Shown here: piece after piece, positions 30,306-40,887 of the stretch
Position numbering within the stretch: position 1 is the stretch's first letter
How the letters are laid out: every line of letters begins with the position of its first letter
Origin: a virus
Lineage: Duplodnaviria; Caudoviricetes
DNA length: 46,672 nucleotides
IMG/VR virus record: IMGVR_UViG_3300032235_000244
Location: 1-46,672 of that record
Direction: 5' to 3' (one strand)
Notes under the pieces: model-generated
The model's input: the letters and a program-made list of their open reading frames with translations, nothing else
Database searches by the model: none
Told to the model about the DNA's origin: nothing
Program-made: the position numbers and the translations under genes

Positions 30306-30677
30306 ATGACAGCACCAAACTTAGTAGGAATAACCACAGTAACCGGAAGAATCGTCGGAGCAAACTTGACCACAACTGCCGCGACTAGTATAATCAGCAA
30401 TGCACCCAGCAGTAACCAATGTGTAAAAATTAACACAGTCAATGCTTGTAATTATTCTAATACAGCGGCCAATGTCACAATTAGTTTTTATACTGGAGCG
30501 GCACTGGGCGGTACGGCTTTTCCTATAGTATCAAATTTAAGTGTGCCTCCAAACAGTACACTAACTGTAATTGATAAATTAAACATTTTATTCTTAGAAG
30601 AAGATGACAGTCTAGGAGCAACTGCCACAACAGCAAACACCATAGTTATCACAGCCAGCTATGAGGAAATAGGCTAA
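30306..30677 (+). CDS. Small beta-sandwich-like connector protein
   Basis: MTAPNLVGITTVTGR...KINT...VP......DK....LEEDD.L...ASYEEI, paralogous to 35497..35850. Confidence 0.75.
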   Translation: MTAPNLVGITTVTGRIVGANLTTTAATSIISNAPSSNQCVKINTVNACNYSNTAANVTISFYTGAALGGTAFPIVSNLSVPPNSTLTVIDKLNILFLEEDDSLGATATTANTIVITASYEEIG

Positions 30678-33600
30678 TGGGACGTAGGAGTTATCCCGGT
30701 GGCATCATTAGAGGCACTGAACCCACAGTTGATGGCACCATTGCCAGTGGAATGTGGACACTACAAACTGCTGCACAAAAAATAACTGCTAACACTTGGC
30801 CCATTAAAGATGTAATATATGTGCCACCAATCACTACCACTGGTCCCACTATCAGCAATGTGTCAGTAACTGACAGTGGCTTCAATGTCATTGATGACAC
30901 TCCTTATATCAGTAGTACTGGCGGATTCATTAGAGTTCTTGGTACTGGATTTGCGTCTGGTTGTGTTGTTTACGTAGGTGGTTCGGCAGCATCATCAACT
31001 GCTTTTATTAGTTCAACAGAACTACGTGCTCAAGTGGGTGCTGGGTCAAGTAATTTTGTTCCTGTCTATGTAGTTAATCCAGACAACAGCACTGGCATTT
31101 TATTAAATGCAGTGGCGTTTAGTGGAACACCCACTTGGGTCAGTAATGCCAATCTACCTGATCTGGCCAGTAACGTAGAATTCAGTATACAACTATCAGC
31201 CACCAGCGACAGCGCAGTGGCTTACTATCTAACTGCTGGTAGCAGCTTACCAACAGGTACAACTCTTGCTTCCAGTGGTGCGTTCTCAGGCAACGTTATT
31301 AATCTACTGGTTGACACAGTGTACAGTTTCAGCGTTGACGCTGTTGACGCTCAAAATCAAGACAGTAGAAGATCCTTTACAGTCAATGTGTTACTTGGAG
31401 ATAGACTCTTTAATTACACAACATTACTAGTGGGTGCTGATATCACAGCCAATACATGGGTCACTGATGCTGCTGCGGGTACTAGGCAGCCCACTGTCAG
31501 TGGTGATGCTAGACCTTCACCGTTTAGTCCTTACAATCCAAACTGGTCAGTGTACTTTAACGGCGCATCGTTTTTTGACGTCGCTGCCAATACTTCCTTT
31601 AATGAATTTGGTACCGGTGACTTTACCGTTGAATGTTGGTTCAACTGTGTTGCTGCAGACTTCAGCGCACAAACACCCAGTTTGATATCAGTGGCCACAA
31701 CATGGTCAACTTCAGTTGCATATCAACTTGAAGTACGTGCTGGTGGTGTAGTACATTTCTTTGCCGGCGACAGCATACCAATCAGTCTTAACTCAGGTGC
31801 TACTAGAGTCGCCTTACATACATGGAATCATGTAGCAGCCTCAAGATCCAGTGGGTCCACAAGATTGTTTGTTAACGGTGCCAATGTGGCCATACATACT
31901 GGATCCGTAAATATTAGTAAACCTGCACAGTCAATGAGAATTGGTCAGTTTACTCAAGGTGGTACACAGTTCATGACTGGTTATATCAGTAATGCTCGTG
32001 TGGTCAAAGGACAATCATTATACACTGCAAACTTCACACCAAGCACTACATCATTGACAACAACCAGTCAAGGTATAACTTCAGCTAATGTGTTATTGTT
32101 ATGTAACACCAATAGATTTATTGATGCCAACACTACACCAAGAACAATTAGTTCAATTACTGGCGTACCCACTGCCAACGCTTACAGTCCATTTGCAGAA
32201 ACTGTTTCAAGTCTGGGTTCAGCATACTTTGACGGTACAGGAGATAACGTAATTGTAACAGACGATCCAGCATTAGAGTTGGGTGCAGGTGCGTTTTGCG
32301 TTGAATGTTGGTTCTATACACTAACAGTAGGCGGTAATGGTGTAATTATTGATAAACGGTCAGGTACTTATGGACCATTACTAGTATGGAGAAGCGGTGC
32401 TTTTTTAATAGTTTATATGAGCAGTAATAATAGTAGTTGGGATCTTATAAACACTGTAACTATTCCATTTACTATTGCCCTTAACACTTGGTATCATTTT
32501 GCATTATATCGTATAGGCGGTACAATCTACGGATCAATAAACGGTTTTGTTTACAATCTTGGTGGTAGTTCAGCAGTACCTCATAATAATGCAGGTAACT
32601 GGTACATTGGTTCAGGCACTAACTCAGCAGATGTTTTTACAGGTTACATCAGTGATTTCCGTATGGTAATTGGATCCAGTGTATACACCACTGCTAACTT
32701 TATTCCTCAAACCACATCGTTGACAACTATCACTAACACACAGTTACTATTGTTCCAAACAAATCAAGGTGAAAACAATCATAGATTCATTGATCAAACT
32801 ACCCGTAAAGATCTTGTTACTCGAGTTGGCGATGTCCACATGGGTTCATTTACACCATTCAGTCCCATTGGTTGGAGTGCTAACTTTAATGGTCTTAGCG
32901 ATGCTATATCCAGTGCAACATCTGCTACACTAACACCGCAGTCAACGTTCACAGTGGAGTGTTGGGTATATCCGATAGCAGGAGGAGGTATTATTGTAGA
33001 TAATAGACCAGCTACTACCAATGGTAATTATTTTCAATTAAGCGTATCATCCGGGACAATCGCTGTTTATATTAACGGGGCTACTATCGGCCAAACCGGT
33101 GTATTTATTTCTAATGGTTCATGGTATCACGTAGCTTACGTTCGTACCGGTGGTGTAGGTACAATATATATTGATGGGCTACAACGAGCATCATTTGCTG
33201 ACACAACTACATACATAGAAACATCATGGAAGATTGGGTATGCAGCATTTAACGCAGGTTGGTTTAATGGATACATCAGTAACTTTAGATATGTCAATAG
33301 TCTAGCAGTTTTTACAGGCAATTTTACTCCATCAACAACTACGTTGGGTAATACACAAAGTTCAAGTACCAATGTTGCTGCAATTACATCTGGTTCAACA
33401 TTCCTTACATTGCAAGATAACAGATTTAAAGATAACGGTGTTAATGCATTTGCAATAACTTATTTGTCAGGAACACCAAGAATACAACCTTTTAATCCAT
33501 TCCGTACCAGTGTAAGTTATGATCCAGCAGTGCATGGCGGTAGTGCAAGATTTGATGGCAGTGGCGATTACCTAACCTATCCACCTGGGCCAACTTTTAA

Positions 33601-34735
33601 CTTCCGTACATTTGATTTTACTATTGAAGCCTGGGTATACTTGCCAGCCAATCAAGCAGCCAGTGCCAGTATAGTTGCCAACAACAGTAACCCCAACGGT
33701 TGGTATTTGTTCTTCAATGCTACCAATTTCCTACAATTTGCTAACTTTGCCACTGTTGCTATAACTTCTACAATTCCGGTTCGTGTGGGCGAATGGACTC
33801 ATGTGGCTATACAAAGAGCAGGTACTGCTATGACCATGTATTTTAATGGCTTGCAAATTGCTAGTGCGACTAACAGCACAACCTACGGTGATCCAGCAGC
33901 AGTGACCTACGTTGGCACAAACACCACTGCTGCAATCTTTAATGGATTTATTTCAGGATTAAGAGTAATTAAAGGACAACCCTTGTTCACTGGTAACTTT
34001 GCAGTACCTACTTCACCACCAGGACTTACTCAAAGTGCAAGTACCAATGTTGCTGCTATAACCACTGCTAACAGTATTAGTAATGTAGCCATGCTATCAA
34101 CTTTTACTCAAGCTGCTATGTATGATCTCACTGGACGAAACCTCATACAAACTATCTCCACAGCTCGAGTCAGCAATGTGATATCCAAGTTTGGTGGAGG
34201 TAGTTTACACTTCCCAACTCAACCAGCAGCGTTTCAACTTTATACTCACCCGCATGTGACTACGTTCGCTGGCAACTTTACCATTGAGTGTTGGGTGTAT
34301 CCAACAGATACAGCCTTAATTAATACGTGGGGAGTTATTGATGCTCGTCAATCCGGCGGTTCAGCCGCAGCTTGGCAAATAGGTTTAAATGGATACAGTG
34401 CTGGGCCACCTGCTGGTTGGTTCATGTATTATTACAACGGAACTGTTTTTCAAAGTAGTGGTACTAGAATACAAGCCAATGTGTGGACTCACTGTGCATG
34501 GGAACGAGTTAGTAGTACATTGACATTCTATATAGATGGCGTTCCTAACGGAACTGCTACAATATCAGGCACAATACAAGGAGCAACTACTAATCCAATA
34601 TATATTGGTACCAAAGATAACGGCACTGCCACTTACGGAAGTACTGGCTATATTGATGATTTGCGTATCACAAACGGCATAGCAAGATACAATGGTGCTT
34701 TCAATGTGCCAACCACCAAATTCTTAAATAAATAA
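30677..34735 (+). CDS. Large multi-LamG adhesin (about 5 LamG-like domains) with N-terminal IPT/Ig-like domains
   Basis: F(T/C)(V/I)E(C/A)W...W.H.A...G(Y/F)IS..R units occur five times. GTGFASGCVVYVGG...TELRA is IPT-like. TAATG-coupled. Confidence 0.85.
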   Translation: MGRRSYPGGIIRGTEPTVDGTIASGMWTLQTAAQKITANTWPIKDVIYVPPITTTGPTISNVSVTDSGFNVIDDTPYISSTGGFIRVLGTGFASGCVVYVGGSAASSTAFISSTELRAQVGAGSSNFVPVYVVNPDNSTGILLNAVAFSGTPTWVSNANLPDLASNVEFSIQLSATSDSAVAYYLTAGSSLPTGTTLASSGAFSGNVINLLVDTVYSFSVDAVDAQNQDSRRSFTVNVLLGDRLFNYTTLLVGADITANTWVTDAAAGTRQPTVSGDARPSPFSPYNPNWSVYFNGASFFDVAANTSFNEFGTGDFTVECWFNCVAADFSAQTPSLISVATTWSTSVAYQLEVRAGGVVHFFAGDSIPISLNSGATRVALHTWNHVAASRSSGSTRLFVNGANVAIHTGSVNISKPAQSMRIGQFTQGGTQFMTGYISNARVVKGQSLYTANFTPSTTSLTTTSQGITSANVLLLCNTNRFIDANTTPRTISSITGVPTANAYSPFAETVSSLGSAYFDGTGDNVIVTDDPALELGAGAFCVECWFYTLTVGGNGVIIDKRSGTYGPLLVWRSGAFLIVYMSSNNSSWDLINTVTIPFTIALNTWYHFALYRIGGTIYGSINGFVYNLGGSSAVPHNNAGNWYIGSGTNSADVFTGYISDFRMVIGSSVYTTANFIPQTTSLTTITNTQLLLFQTNQGENNHRFIDQTTRKDLVTRVGDVHMGSFTPFSPIGWSANFNGLSDAISSATSATLTPQSTFTVECWVYPIAGGGIIVDNRPATTNGNYFQLSVSSGTIAVYINGATIGQTGVFISNGSWYHVAYVRTGGVGTIYIDGLQRASFADTTTYIETSWKIGYAAFNAGWFNGYISNFRYVNSLAVFTGNFTPSTTTLGNTQSSSTNVAAITSGSTFLTLQDNRFKDNGVNAFAITYLSGTPRIQPFNPFRTSVSYDPAVHGGSARFDGSGDYLTYPPGPTFNFRTFDFTIEAWVYLPANQAASASIVANNSNPNGWYLFFNATNFLQFANFATVAITSTIPVRVGEWTHVAIQRAGTAMTMYFNGLQIASATNSTTYGDPAAVTYVGTNTTAAIFNGFISGLRVIKGQPLFTGNFAVPTSPPGLTQSASTNVAAITTANSISNVAMLSTFTQAAMYDLTGRNLIQTISTARVSNVISKFGGGSLHFPTQPAAFQLYTHPHVTTFAGNFTIECWVYPTDTALINTWGVIDARQSGGSAAAWQIGLNGYSAGPPAGWFMYYYNGTVFQSSGTRIQANVWTHCAWERVSSTLTFYIDGVPNGTATISGTIQGATTNPIYIGTKDNGTATYGSTGYIDDLRITNGIARYNGAFNVPTTKFLNK

Positions 34736-34757
34736 GGGTACAAATAGGTAACTAATA

Positions 34758-35495
34758 ATGTCATTTCCAGATTCCCCAAGTGATTTAGATATAACCGTTG
34801 TCAACGGGATTACCTACCAGTATTCATTGGCAAAAACTGCTTGGATACGTCGTCAAGTGGGTATCGCAGACTTGACCATTGCGGGCAATGTCACTGCTGC
34901 CAATGTGTATCTAAGCGATGGTGTATATTGGTCCGGCAACAGCGTACCCTATGTACAAACTCTGGCAGCAGGCACTACCAACCAATTACAATATAAGTCA
35001 GCTGCTGGCTTTGCTGGCGCAAACATCACTTTTAATTCAGCCGCAGGAAATTTAGTAATAAGTAGTATTACAAATTCAGTTGACACTAATACTGGAGCAC
35101 TGGTAGTCGAAGGCGGTGTAGGTGTTGGTGGCAATGTTTACTCAGATAGATTATACGCTACTACAGGCATATTTTGGGCAGGCAATAACGTTTCATACGG
35201 TGCTGGTGGCACTGCCAATCAGTTACAATATAATTCCGGCGCAGGACCAGCTGGTGCAAATATCACTTTCAGTGCATCAAATGGAAATCTAGTAATAACT
35301 AGTACAACAAATTCAGTCAACGTGGACACTGGCGCACTGGTAGTTGAAGGCGGTGTTGGCGTTCAAGGTAATATATATTCAGGGGGCAATGTTTTTGTTA
35401 CCGATGGCGTATTTTGGGCAGGTAACGGATCATCATTCTCAGCTGGAGTATCAACAGGAAAAGCTATTGCAATGTCAATAGTATTTGGAGGATAA
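34758..35495 (+). CDS. Short fibre/adaptor with internal duplication, ending in STGKAIAMSIVFGG
   Basis: MSFPDSPSD...YQY...WIR; two NQLQY...GANITF...TGALVVEGGVGV units. TAAATA at 34725-34730. Confidence 0.8.
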   Translation: MSFPDSPSDLDITVVNGITYQYSLAKTAWIRRQVGIADLTIAGNVTAANVYLSDGVYWSGNSVPYVQTLAAGTTNQLQYKSAAGFAGANITFNSAAGNLVISSITNSVDTNTGALVVEGGVGVGGNVYSDRLYATTGIFWAGNNVSYGAGGTANQLQYNSGAGPAGANITFSASNGNLVITSTTNSVNVDTGALVVEGGVGVQGNIYSGGNVFVTDGVFWAGNGSSFSAGVSTGKAIAMSIVFGG

Positions 35496-35496
35496 C

Positions 35497-35850
35497 ATGG
35501 CAGCACCAAATGTAGTAAACGTGACCACTATCACAGCACGAAGCAACGTCAACACTGTATCTACAACTTTAGGCAACATAGTTTTAAATTCTTTGAACAG
35601 CAATCAAGTTCACAAGATTAACACAGTCATGGTTACTAACACTAACACGATACCAATTTCATGTAACTTGGGTATTTTAAGATCATCTACTTTATTTTAT
35701 TTGGCATCGAACATTGTGGTACCAGTGGGAACCACAGTTTTATTAGTAGCCAAAGACAATGCAGTGTATCTCGAAGAAGGCGATGCACTACAAACTTCAG
35801 CACAGGCTTTTGGATTATATGTTGCAGCCAGCTATGAGGTAATCAGCTAA
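35497..35850 (+). CDS. Small connector protein, paralog of 30306..30677
   Basis: Start reassigned to ATG 35497 after GGAGGA. MAAPNVVNVTTITAR...YLEEGDAL...ASYEVIS. Confidence 0.75.
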   Translation: MAAPNVVNVTTITARSNVNTVSTTLGNIVLNSLNSNQVHKINTVMVTNTNTIPISCNLGILRSSTLFYLASNIVVPVGTTVLLVAKDNAVYLEEGDALQTSAQAFGLYVAASYEVIS

Positions 35851-38800
35851 TGGCAAGAAGAAAAAACGGCGGCGTAATTGGTGAGCTAATCACTCCACGT
35901 GCCGGTCAAGTATCTGGTGTATTTTCGATGGACGAAGTGTCTGCTTACACTCGAGACACAGGTTCAGTAAGTTCAACCGAACGACATTTTATGCCACCCA
36001 ATGAGTGGCCAACCACTCGCGGTCAAGAAGGATCTGCAGACAGAGATCCTTACTATAATTTGGTATTGACACAGATTTCGGATCTAGAAGCCAATAATTG
36101 GATGGGCAAAGATCAAAGCGGTTACAATTGGGACGATTTCAATTCAATTGATCAATGGTATCGTTGGCCAGTATCTACATACTATGGTCCAAGATATAAT
36201 GACTGGTGTTCACACTTTGGTGAAGCTGGTTACTATATTGTAGAAGATAGACCTCAACTACGATTCCAAACCAATCCTTTTACTATTGAGTTTTGGATTA
36301 GACTAGAAAATCAACGTGGCTCATGGTTGTATGCCATGGGCAAAAGCAATGTGGCTGGTAATACCGCCAACGGCTCAGGCTGGCAAGTGCCCATTAACAA
36401 TCTAAGACAAATTGGATTCCATAACGCTAATGGTGCCGGCACATCCACATTTACCACCACAGCACTAAACTGCGACGAGTGGTATCACGTGGCCATGGTC
36501 AGAGCTAATACTGATGTTAACGGATTTAAAATTTATCTTAACGGTAGAGCCAATGCCACTGCCACAGTGAGCAGCAACATCGCATCAGTTAACAATCTAA
36601 TCATTGGTAGAGACAGTGCTGCTACTGGCACCAGTTTCTTGGCCAGTACAATGACAGACATTAGAATTTCTAATGTAGCGATGTATACTACAGATTTTGC
36701 AGTACCCACTAGTAATCTAGAACTAACAGCCAGTACTACAGTTTTCAGTCATAGCATGAGAGACCGCACACATGGCACTCATGCTAATATTCAACCGCAA
36801 GGACAAACAGTTACTCAAGTTAATCAAATTTTAAGAATGGTTGACGGACCTTTTAGGAATAATACTGCTGTAGAATTAGGTGATGGATACAGTAGCTTCA
36901 CTACTGCATATGGTCAAGGTCAATTTAACATACACGATGAACGTCCCACTAACACTAGTCTAAGATTCGGCTTAGGTAACTACACTGTTGAAGCTTGGAT
37001 CAATCGTAACGATGCTGATGAAAACTTTGCTATTGCAGGTAAAGGTACACTGAATATAGCTGCTGCTGGTGCTACAGGCTGGAACTTTAGAGCCAACACC
37101 GAATGGGTGACATGGGATGATGGTCAAACTGTTATTTCAGGTCGCGGTAACTGGCGTATGTATCCAGGCGACTGGCATCATGTGGCTGCTGTAAGAGAAA
37201 ACACAGGTGCAGGCGGATTTAGATTGTATGTTGATGGCGTACAAACCACACAAACATCAACCACTGTATCAACAAATTATACCCAAACAGCCAACCTACG
37301 TATATGCACCACAAGAAGCAGAGATATAAATTCTAGAGGTTGGATGTGTGGCTTCCGTATCAGTAATGTTGCTAGATATACAGGCAATACCATTGCCAGT
37401 ACAGAACAGTTTGTTACGAATTCTATGATAGTGGATACCAACACTTTGTTGCTAATTGGTACTACTGGTAATACCAAACCTCGAAACATAAGCCCATCCT
37501 GGACCACTGTTGGTACAGCCAAACATTTAACCTTTAGACATCGTGCTCAAAACGAACATCGTCCCTCACAACATACTCCTATCGGACGTGATGGCGCCAA
37601 GTGCGCTATGGCGTTTTTTGGTACAGCTCAAAATACTCAGATTGTTAGTTCTAGATCTCCAAACAAAGACCTAGTATTTGGCACCGGCGACTTCAGTATT
37701 GAATTTTGGATGTCCACTCGTTACAAATTCAGTGACACTGATTACGACTATATGTTAGACATGCGATCAACCTACAACGATGCTGGTATAGCAATCAGAT
37801 ACGGGTGGGGTTGGTACGAAGGTATTCATGTCATAACTGCCAATACATTTTTACTTGGTGACAGTTTAAGTGGACAAGATGTCAGACAATGGAGACATGT
37901 GTGTGTTCAACGTACCAATGGATCTATTGCATTGTATGTGAATGGTAAAAAATCTCAAGAGACTGTATGGACTGCCAATGTGTTTTCCATTTCAGACAGA
38001 GTTGAGATTGGTAATAGCGCAAGACCTAGTCTTGATTTTGGCAACCAGTTTGGCGGTTACATGGCTGACTTGAGAATATGCAAAGGCACAGTGCCTTATG
38101 CAGTGGCTGGACGTAATCCAGACAAGATTTCAGTACCACGAACTTGGTTAACTGCTGTGCCAGGTACTGTGATTCAACACATGAACTTTCCAATCACTAC
38201 GGATCAGTTAGATCGAGGCAATTACTATGGCTGGAATACTGAGCAGGTCACATCAGGATTCGCTGATGCATTTCCTTACGCTGGCAGTCCTTACAATCCA
38301 ACAACAGAATGGACTCCAGACAATTATGTACTAGCAGACATTCATGACACTAGTTCAGGGTGGAGTCAGGCAGAGGGATTTTGGACTGCTGCCAGTAGAT
38401 ACAATGAGTTTGCTTGGATAACACGAATGGTAAAACCGTGGACCATTGAATGTTGGTTCTACATGGGCGGTATAAATTTTGCTTCTTTCGCAGCATATAC
38501 TATATTTCAAACTGCTACTACCGCAGGCAATGAAGGGTTCCAATTACTAGTTAACTATGGCAACGGAGCTAACTCGGCAGGTAATTTAAGTTTTCGTCTT
38601 TGGACAGCAGCCAACAGTGGTGTACAGCAGATGTTTAGCTCACAATCAGCAGCACCCTATACATTAAGATACCACTCATGGAATTATGTTGTTGTACAGT
38701 TTGATCCCACAAAAACAAACGTACTGGCCATGTTCTTAAATGGAGTCAGAATTGCAACAAGGGCAGCATTTAATCCAGTGGGTAGTCGCAGTTGGAACAC

Positions 38801-39686
38801 CAATCACTTTGCAATGGCTGCGGATAATAATGGCACTGGTTCTTGTAGAGTCAGTACCATTGCTAGATACAATAACGATGTTACCACAATGTCCATTCCA
38901 CGTGCTAGATTCACATATGACCAGTTTACCTATGCACTAATAAATGTTGAAGATACTATGGGTAATGAAGTTAGTCACAGAATGGGATTCTTTCATTACT
39001 CAACGCTGCCATCAACGTATGCAAAATTTGGAAAAGGCAGTCTTCGATTCTCAAACAAAGATAGTGCATCTACTCATAGTAAAATTAACGGATCTTGGAA
39101 TTTTTTCAATACCTACCCATTGAATATTCAATACGGCGATTTTACTTTTGAGTTGTGGACAGCTTGGCAAGATATTAATTTTGGTGGTAGAGCGTTTACA
39201 GCAACAACTGGTAATGTGCTATGTCATTTGTTTAATTCATATTATGTATATGCTACCCCAGCCGGATTGTGGCAATTTAGGCGTCAGAGTACTAGCACAG
39301 TCTATCAGGTAATTAACACCACCAAAACAGTGGCCACTAGAACATCAGGTACATGGGACCATATTGTGATGATGAGAAAAAGCGGTAACATTTACTGTTA
39401 TGTCAACGGAGAAGAAGTTGGTGTTATCAATGCAGCCAATTCTGGCACGTATGCTACAGGTGGTCCAACTGTTAATATTGCTGATCAACATAATGGTACA
39501 GAAAATATTCACATTGGTACAGACAATGCTAGTACAGCATTAACAGGTTGGACTGGATGGGTTCAAGATTTTAGATTCACTGCTATAGCTAGATACACTA
39601 CCAAAGTTATTAACGGTGTAGCAACAATGGTAGACAGAACATCTTATCTACCTGCACTGCCAGTGAAACTAAATCCTACTAGATAA
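35850..39686 (+). CDS. Large multi-LamG adhesin (about 5 LamG-like domains)
   Basis: FTIEFW, YTVEAW, FSIEFW, WTIECW and FTFELW units, each with W.H.. motifs. MARRKNGGVIG..G.F start resembles MGRRSYPGGII..G.W of 30677. Confidence 0.85.
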   Translation: MARRKNGGVIGELITPRAGQVSGVFSMDEVSAYTRDTGSVSSTERHFMPPNEWPTTRGQEGSADRDPYYNLVLTQISDLEANNWMGKDQSGYNWDDFNSIDQWYRWPVSTYYGPRYNDWCSHFGEAGYYIVEDRPQLRFQTNPFTIEFWIRLENQRGSWLYAMGKSNVAGNTANGSGWQVPINNLRQIGFHNANGAGTSTFTTTALNCDEWYHVAMVRANTDVNGFKIYLNGRANATATVSSNIASVNNLIIGRDSAATGTSFLASTMTDIRISNVAMYTTDFAVPTSNLELTASTTVFSHSMRDRTHGTHANIQPQGQTVTQVNQILRMVDGPFRNNTAVELGDGYSSFTTAYGQGQFNIHDERPTNTSLRFGLGNYTVEAWINRNDADENFAIAGKGTLNIAAAGATGWNFRANTEWVTWDDGQTVISGRGNWRMYPGDWHHVAAVRENTGAGGFRLYVDGVQTTQTSTTVSTNYTQTANLRICTTRSRDINSRGWMCGFRISNVARYTGNTIASTEQFVTNSMIVDTNTLLLIGTTGNTKPRNISPSWTTVGTAKHLTFRHRAQNEHRPSQHTPIGRDGAKCAMAFFGTAQNTQIVSSRSPNKDLVFGTGDFSIEFWMSTRYKFSDTDYDYMLDMRSTYNDAGIAIRYGWGWYEGIHVITANTFLLGDSLSGQDVRQWRHVCVQRTNGSIALYVNGKKSQETVWTANVFSISDRVEIGNSARPSLDFGNQFGGYMADLRICKGTVPYAVAGRNPDKISVPRTWLTAVPGTVIQHMNFPITTDQLDRGNYYGWNTEQVTSGFADAFPYAGSPYNPTTEWTPDNYVLADIHDTSSGWSQAEGFWTAASRYNEFAWITRMVKPWTIECWFYMGGINFASFAAYTIFQTATTAGNEGFQLLVNYGNGANSAGNLSFRLWTAANSGVQQMFSSQSAAPYTLRYHSWNYVVVQFDPTKTNVLAMFLNGVRIATRAAFNPVGSRSWNTNHFAMAADNNGTGSCRVSTIARYNNDVTTMSIPRARFTYDQFTYALINVEDTMGNEVSHRMGFFHYSTLPSTYAKFGKGSLRFSNKDSASTHSKINGSWNFFNTYPLNIQYGDFTFELWTAWQDINFGGRAFTATTGNVLCHLFNSYYVYATPAGLWQFRRQSTSTVYQVINTTKTVATRTSGTWDHIVMMRKSGNIYCYVNGEEVGVINAANSGTYATGGPTVNIADQHNGTENIHIGTDNASTALTGWTGWVQDFRFTAIARYTTKVINGVATMVDRTSYLPALPVKLNPTR

Positions 39687-39690
39687 TACT

Positions 39691-40134
39691 ATGTCATTTG
39701 AAAACAATTACAAAGCAGCATTTCCTCAAAATCCCGTGGATGGCGAAACTTTTTCTTTTAATCAACGCAACTACACATATCATGCTGGTATGAACACTTG
39801 GTATGCTGACGGCACTGGACCAGACGATATTATAGATGATCGCGTAACTTGGGCACTGATAGATGTTAGTGATCCTTTAAGAAGAGCAGTGGTATCAATT
39901 CGTGCAGACATCATCGACGATATGAAATGGATAAACTTAACAAAACGACAAGTAACTGAAATTGCTCTAGCTGAAGAAATGGCCAGCTATTATCCAGGAC
40001 AAATTGCTGCAGGCGAAACACTAAACTATACACTAGAAGATATAAACAATTACATCAACGAAGTCACTTGGTGTCTGATAGAAGCTAGCACACCCGACGA
40101 AGTGCAGTGGCCCAAGATGCCATGGATTGATTAA
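39691..40134 (+). CDS. Small protein with the fibre N-terminal motif and a chaperone-like C-terminus
   Basis: AFPQNPVDGE...YTY....TW near the start; ends DEVQWPKMP, similar to VTWPTAP of 10146. Confidence 0.55.
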   Translation: MSFENNYKAAFPQNPVDGETFSFNQRNYTYHAGMNTWYADGTGPDDIIDDRVTWALIDVSDPLRRAVVSIRADIIDDMKWINLTKRQVTEIALAEEMASYYPGQIAAGETLNYTLEDINNYINEVTWCLIEASTPDEVQWPKMPWID

Positions 40135-40149
40135 TTAATAAATATTATA

Positions 40150-40887
40150 ATGCAAACAATTAAACGATTATTTCGAAAAGACTATTTGGGCGAAGATGTA
40201 ATCACGGATCTTGTTCGCACCAACAACGAATGGAATAAAACTCAAGAATATATTCCAAATCAAATTTCAAATTTACAAGTAAGTAATCGTGCATTAATCA
40301 TTGGAAATGGTCCTACTAGACTGGGTATGGATCTTGATGTAATTAAAAATCACAAAGCTGGCATACGCGGTCGCAACAGATTACAGTCATACGGCTGTAA
40401 TGCACTGTATAGAGATTTTACCCCAGACTTCTTGGTTGCCACCGGAGACGAAATTGTTAGCGAAATTGCCGACAGCGACTACTGTTCTGAACACATTGTG
40501 TATGCCAATGCTTGGGCTATTGCTGGATATACACAAAAGTTTTATCTAATACCGCAAGACCCTGCATGGGACGCCGGCAGCTTGGCCACATATCTTGCTT
40601 GCTTTGACGGACACAAGAAAATATTTCTAATAGGATTTGATGGTAGTGATCCTAGCGGGCGTGACTGGAATATTTACAATGGCACTGCTGGATATCTTCC
40701 CACAACATCCAGGATATCAGGAGAGTTTTGGTCTGTGGCAATGGAAAAAATATTTAACACTTATTCAGACGTTGAATTTATACGTGTAATGCCCACACAG
40801 CAATACAGAATTCCTGAGCGTTGGAAGTATTGCGTTAACTTTAGACAAATTGATTTTAGACAATTTGTTATTGAAGCTGATCTTTAA
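40150..40887 (+). CDS. Putative glycosyltransferase of the Maf/DUF115/CstII sialyltransferase-like fold
   Basis: ALIIGNGPTR, YGCNALY...PDFLVA, G..A.YLA..DGHKKIFLIGFD motifs. TAAATA at 40139-40144. Confidence 0.65.
   Translation: MQTIKRLFRKDYLGEDVITDLVRTNNEWNKTQEYIPNQISNLQVSNRALIIGNGPTRLGMDLDVIKNHKAGIRGRNRLQSYGCNALYRDFTPDFLVATGDEIVSEIADSDYCSEHIVYANAWAIAGYTQKFYLIPQDPAWDAGSLATYLACFDGHKKIFLIGFDGSDPSGRDWNIYNGTAGYLPTTSRISGEFWSVAMEKIFNTYSDVEFIRVMPTQQYRIPERWKYCVNFRQIDFRQFVIEADL

Noticed and set aside
1-40134. Diversity-generating retroelement or invertase shufflon driving tip variation
   Set aside because: No reverse transcriptase or recombinase is in the window, no template/variable pair with adenine-specific mismatches was seen, and all cassettes share one orientation. 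A trans-acting element elsewhere cannot be excluded.
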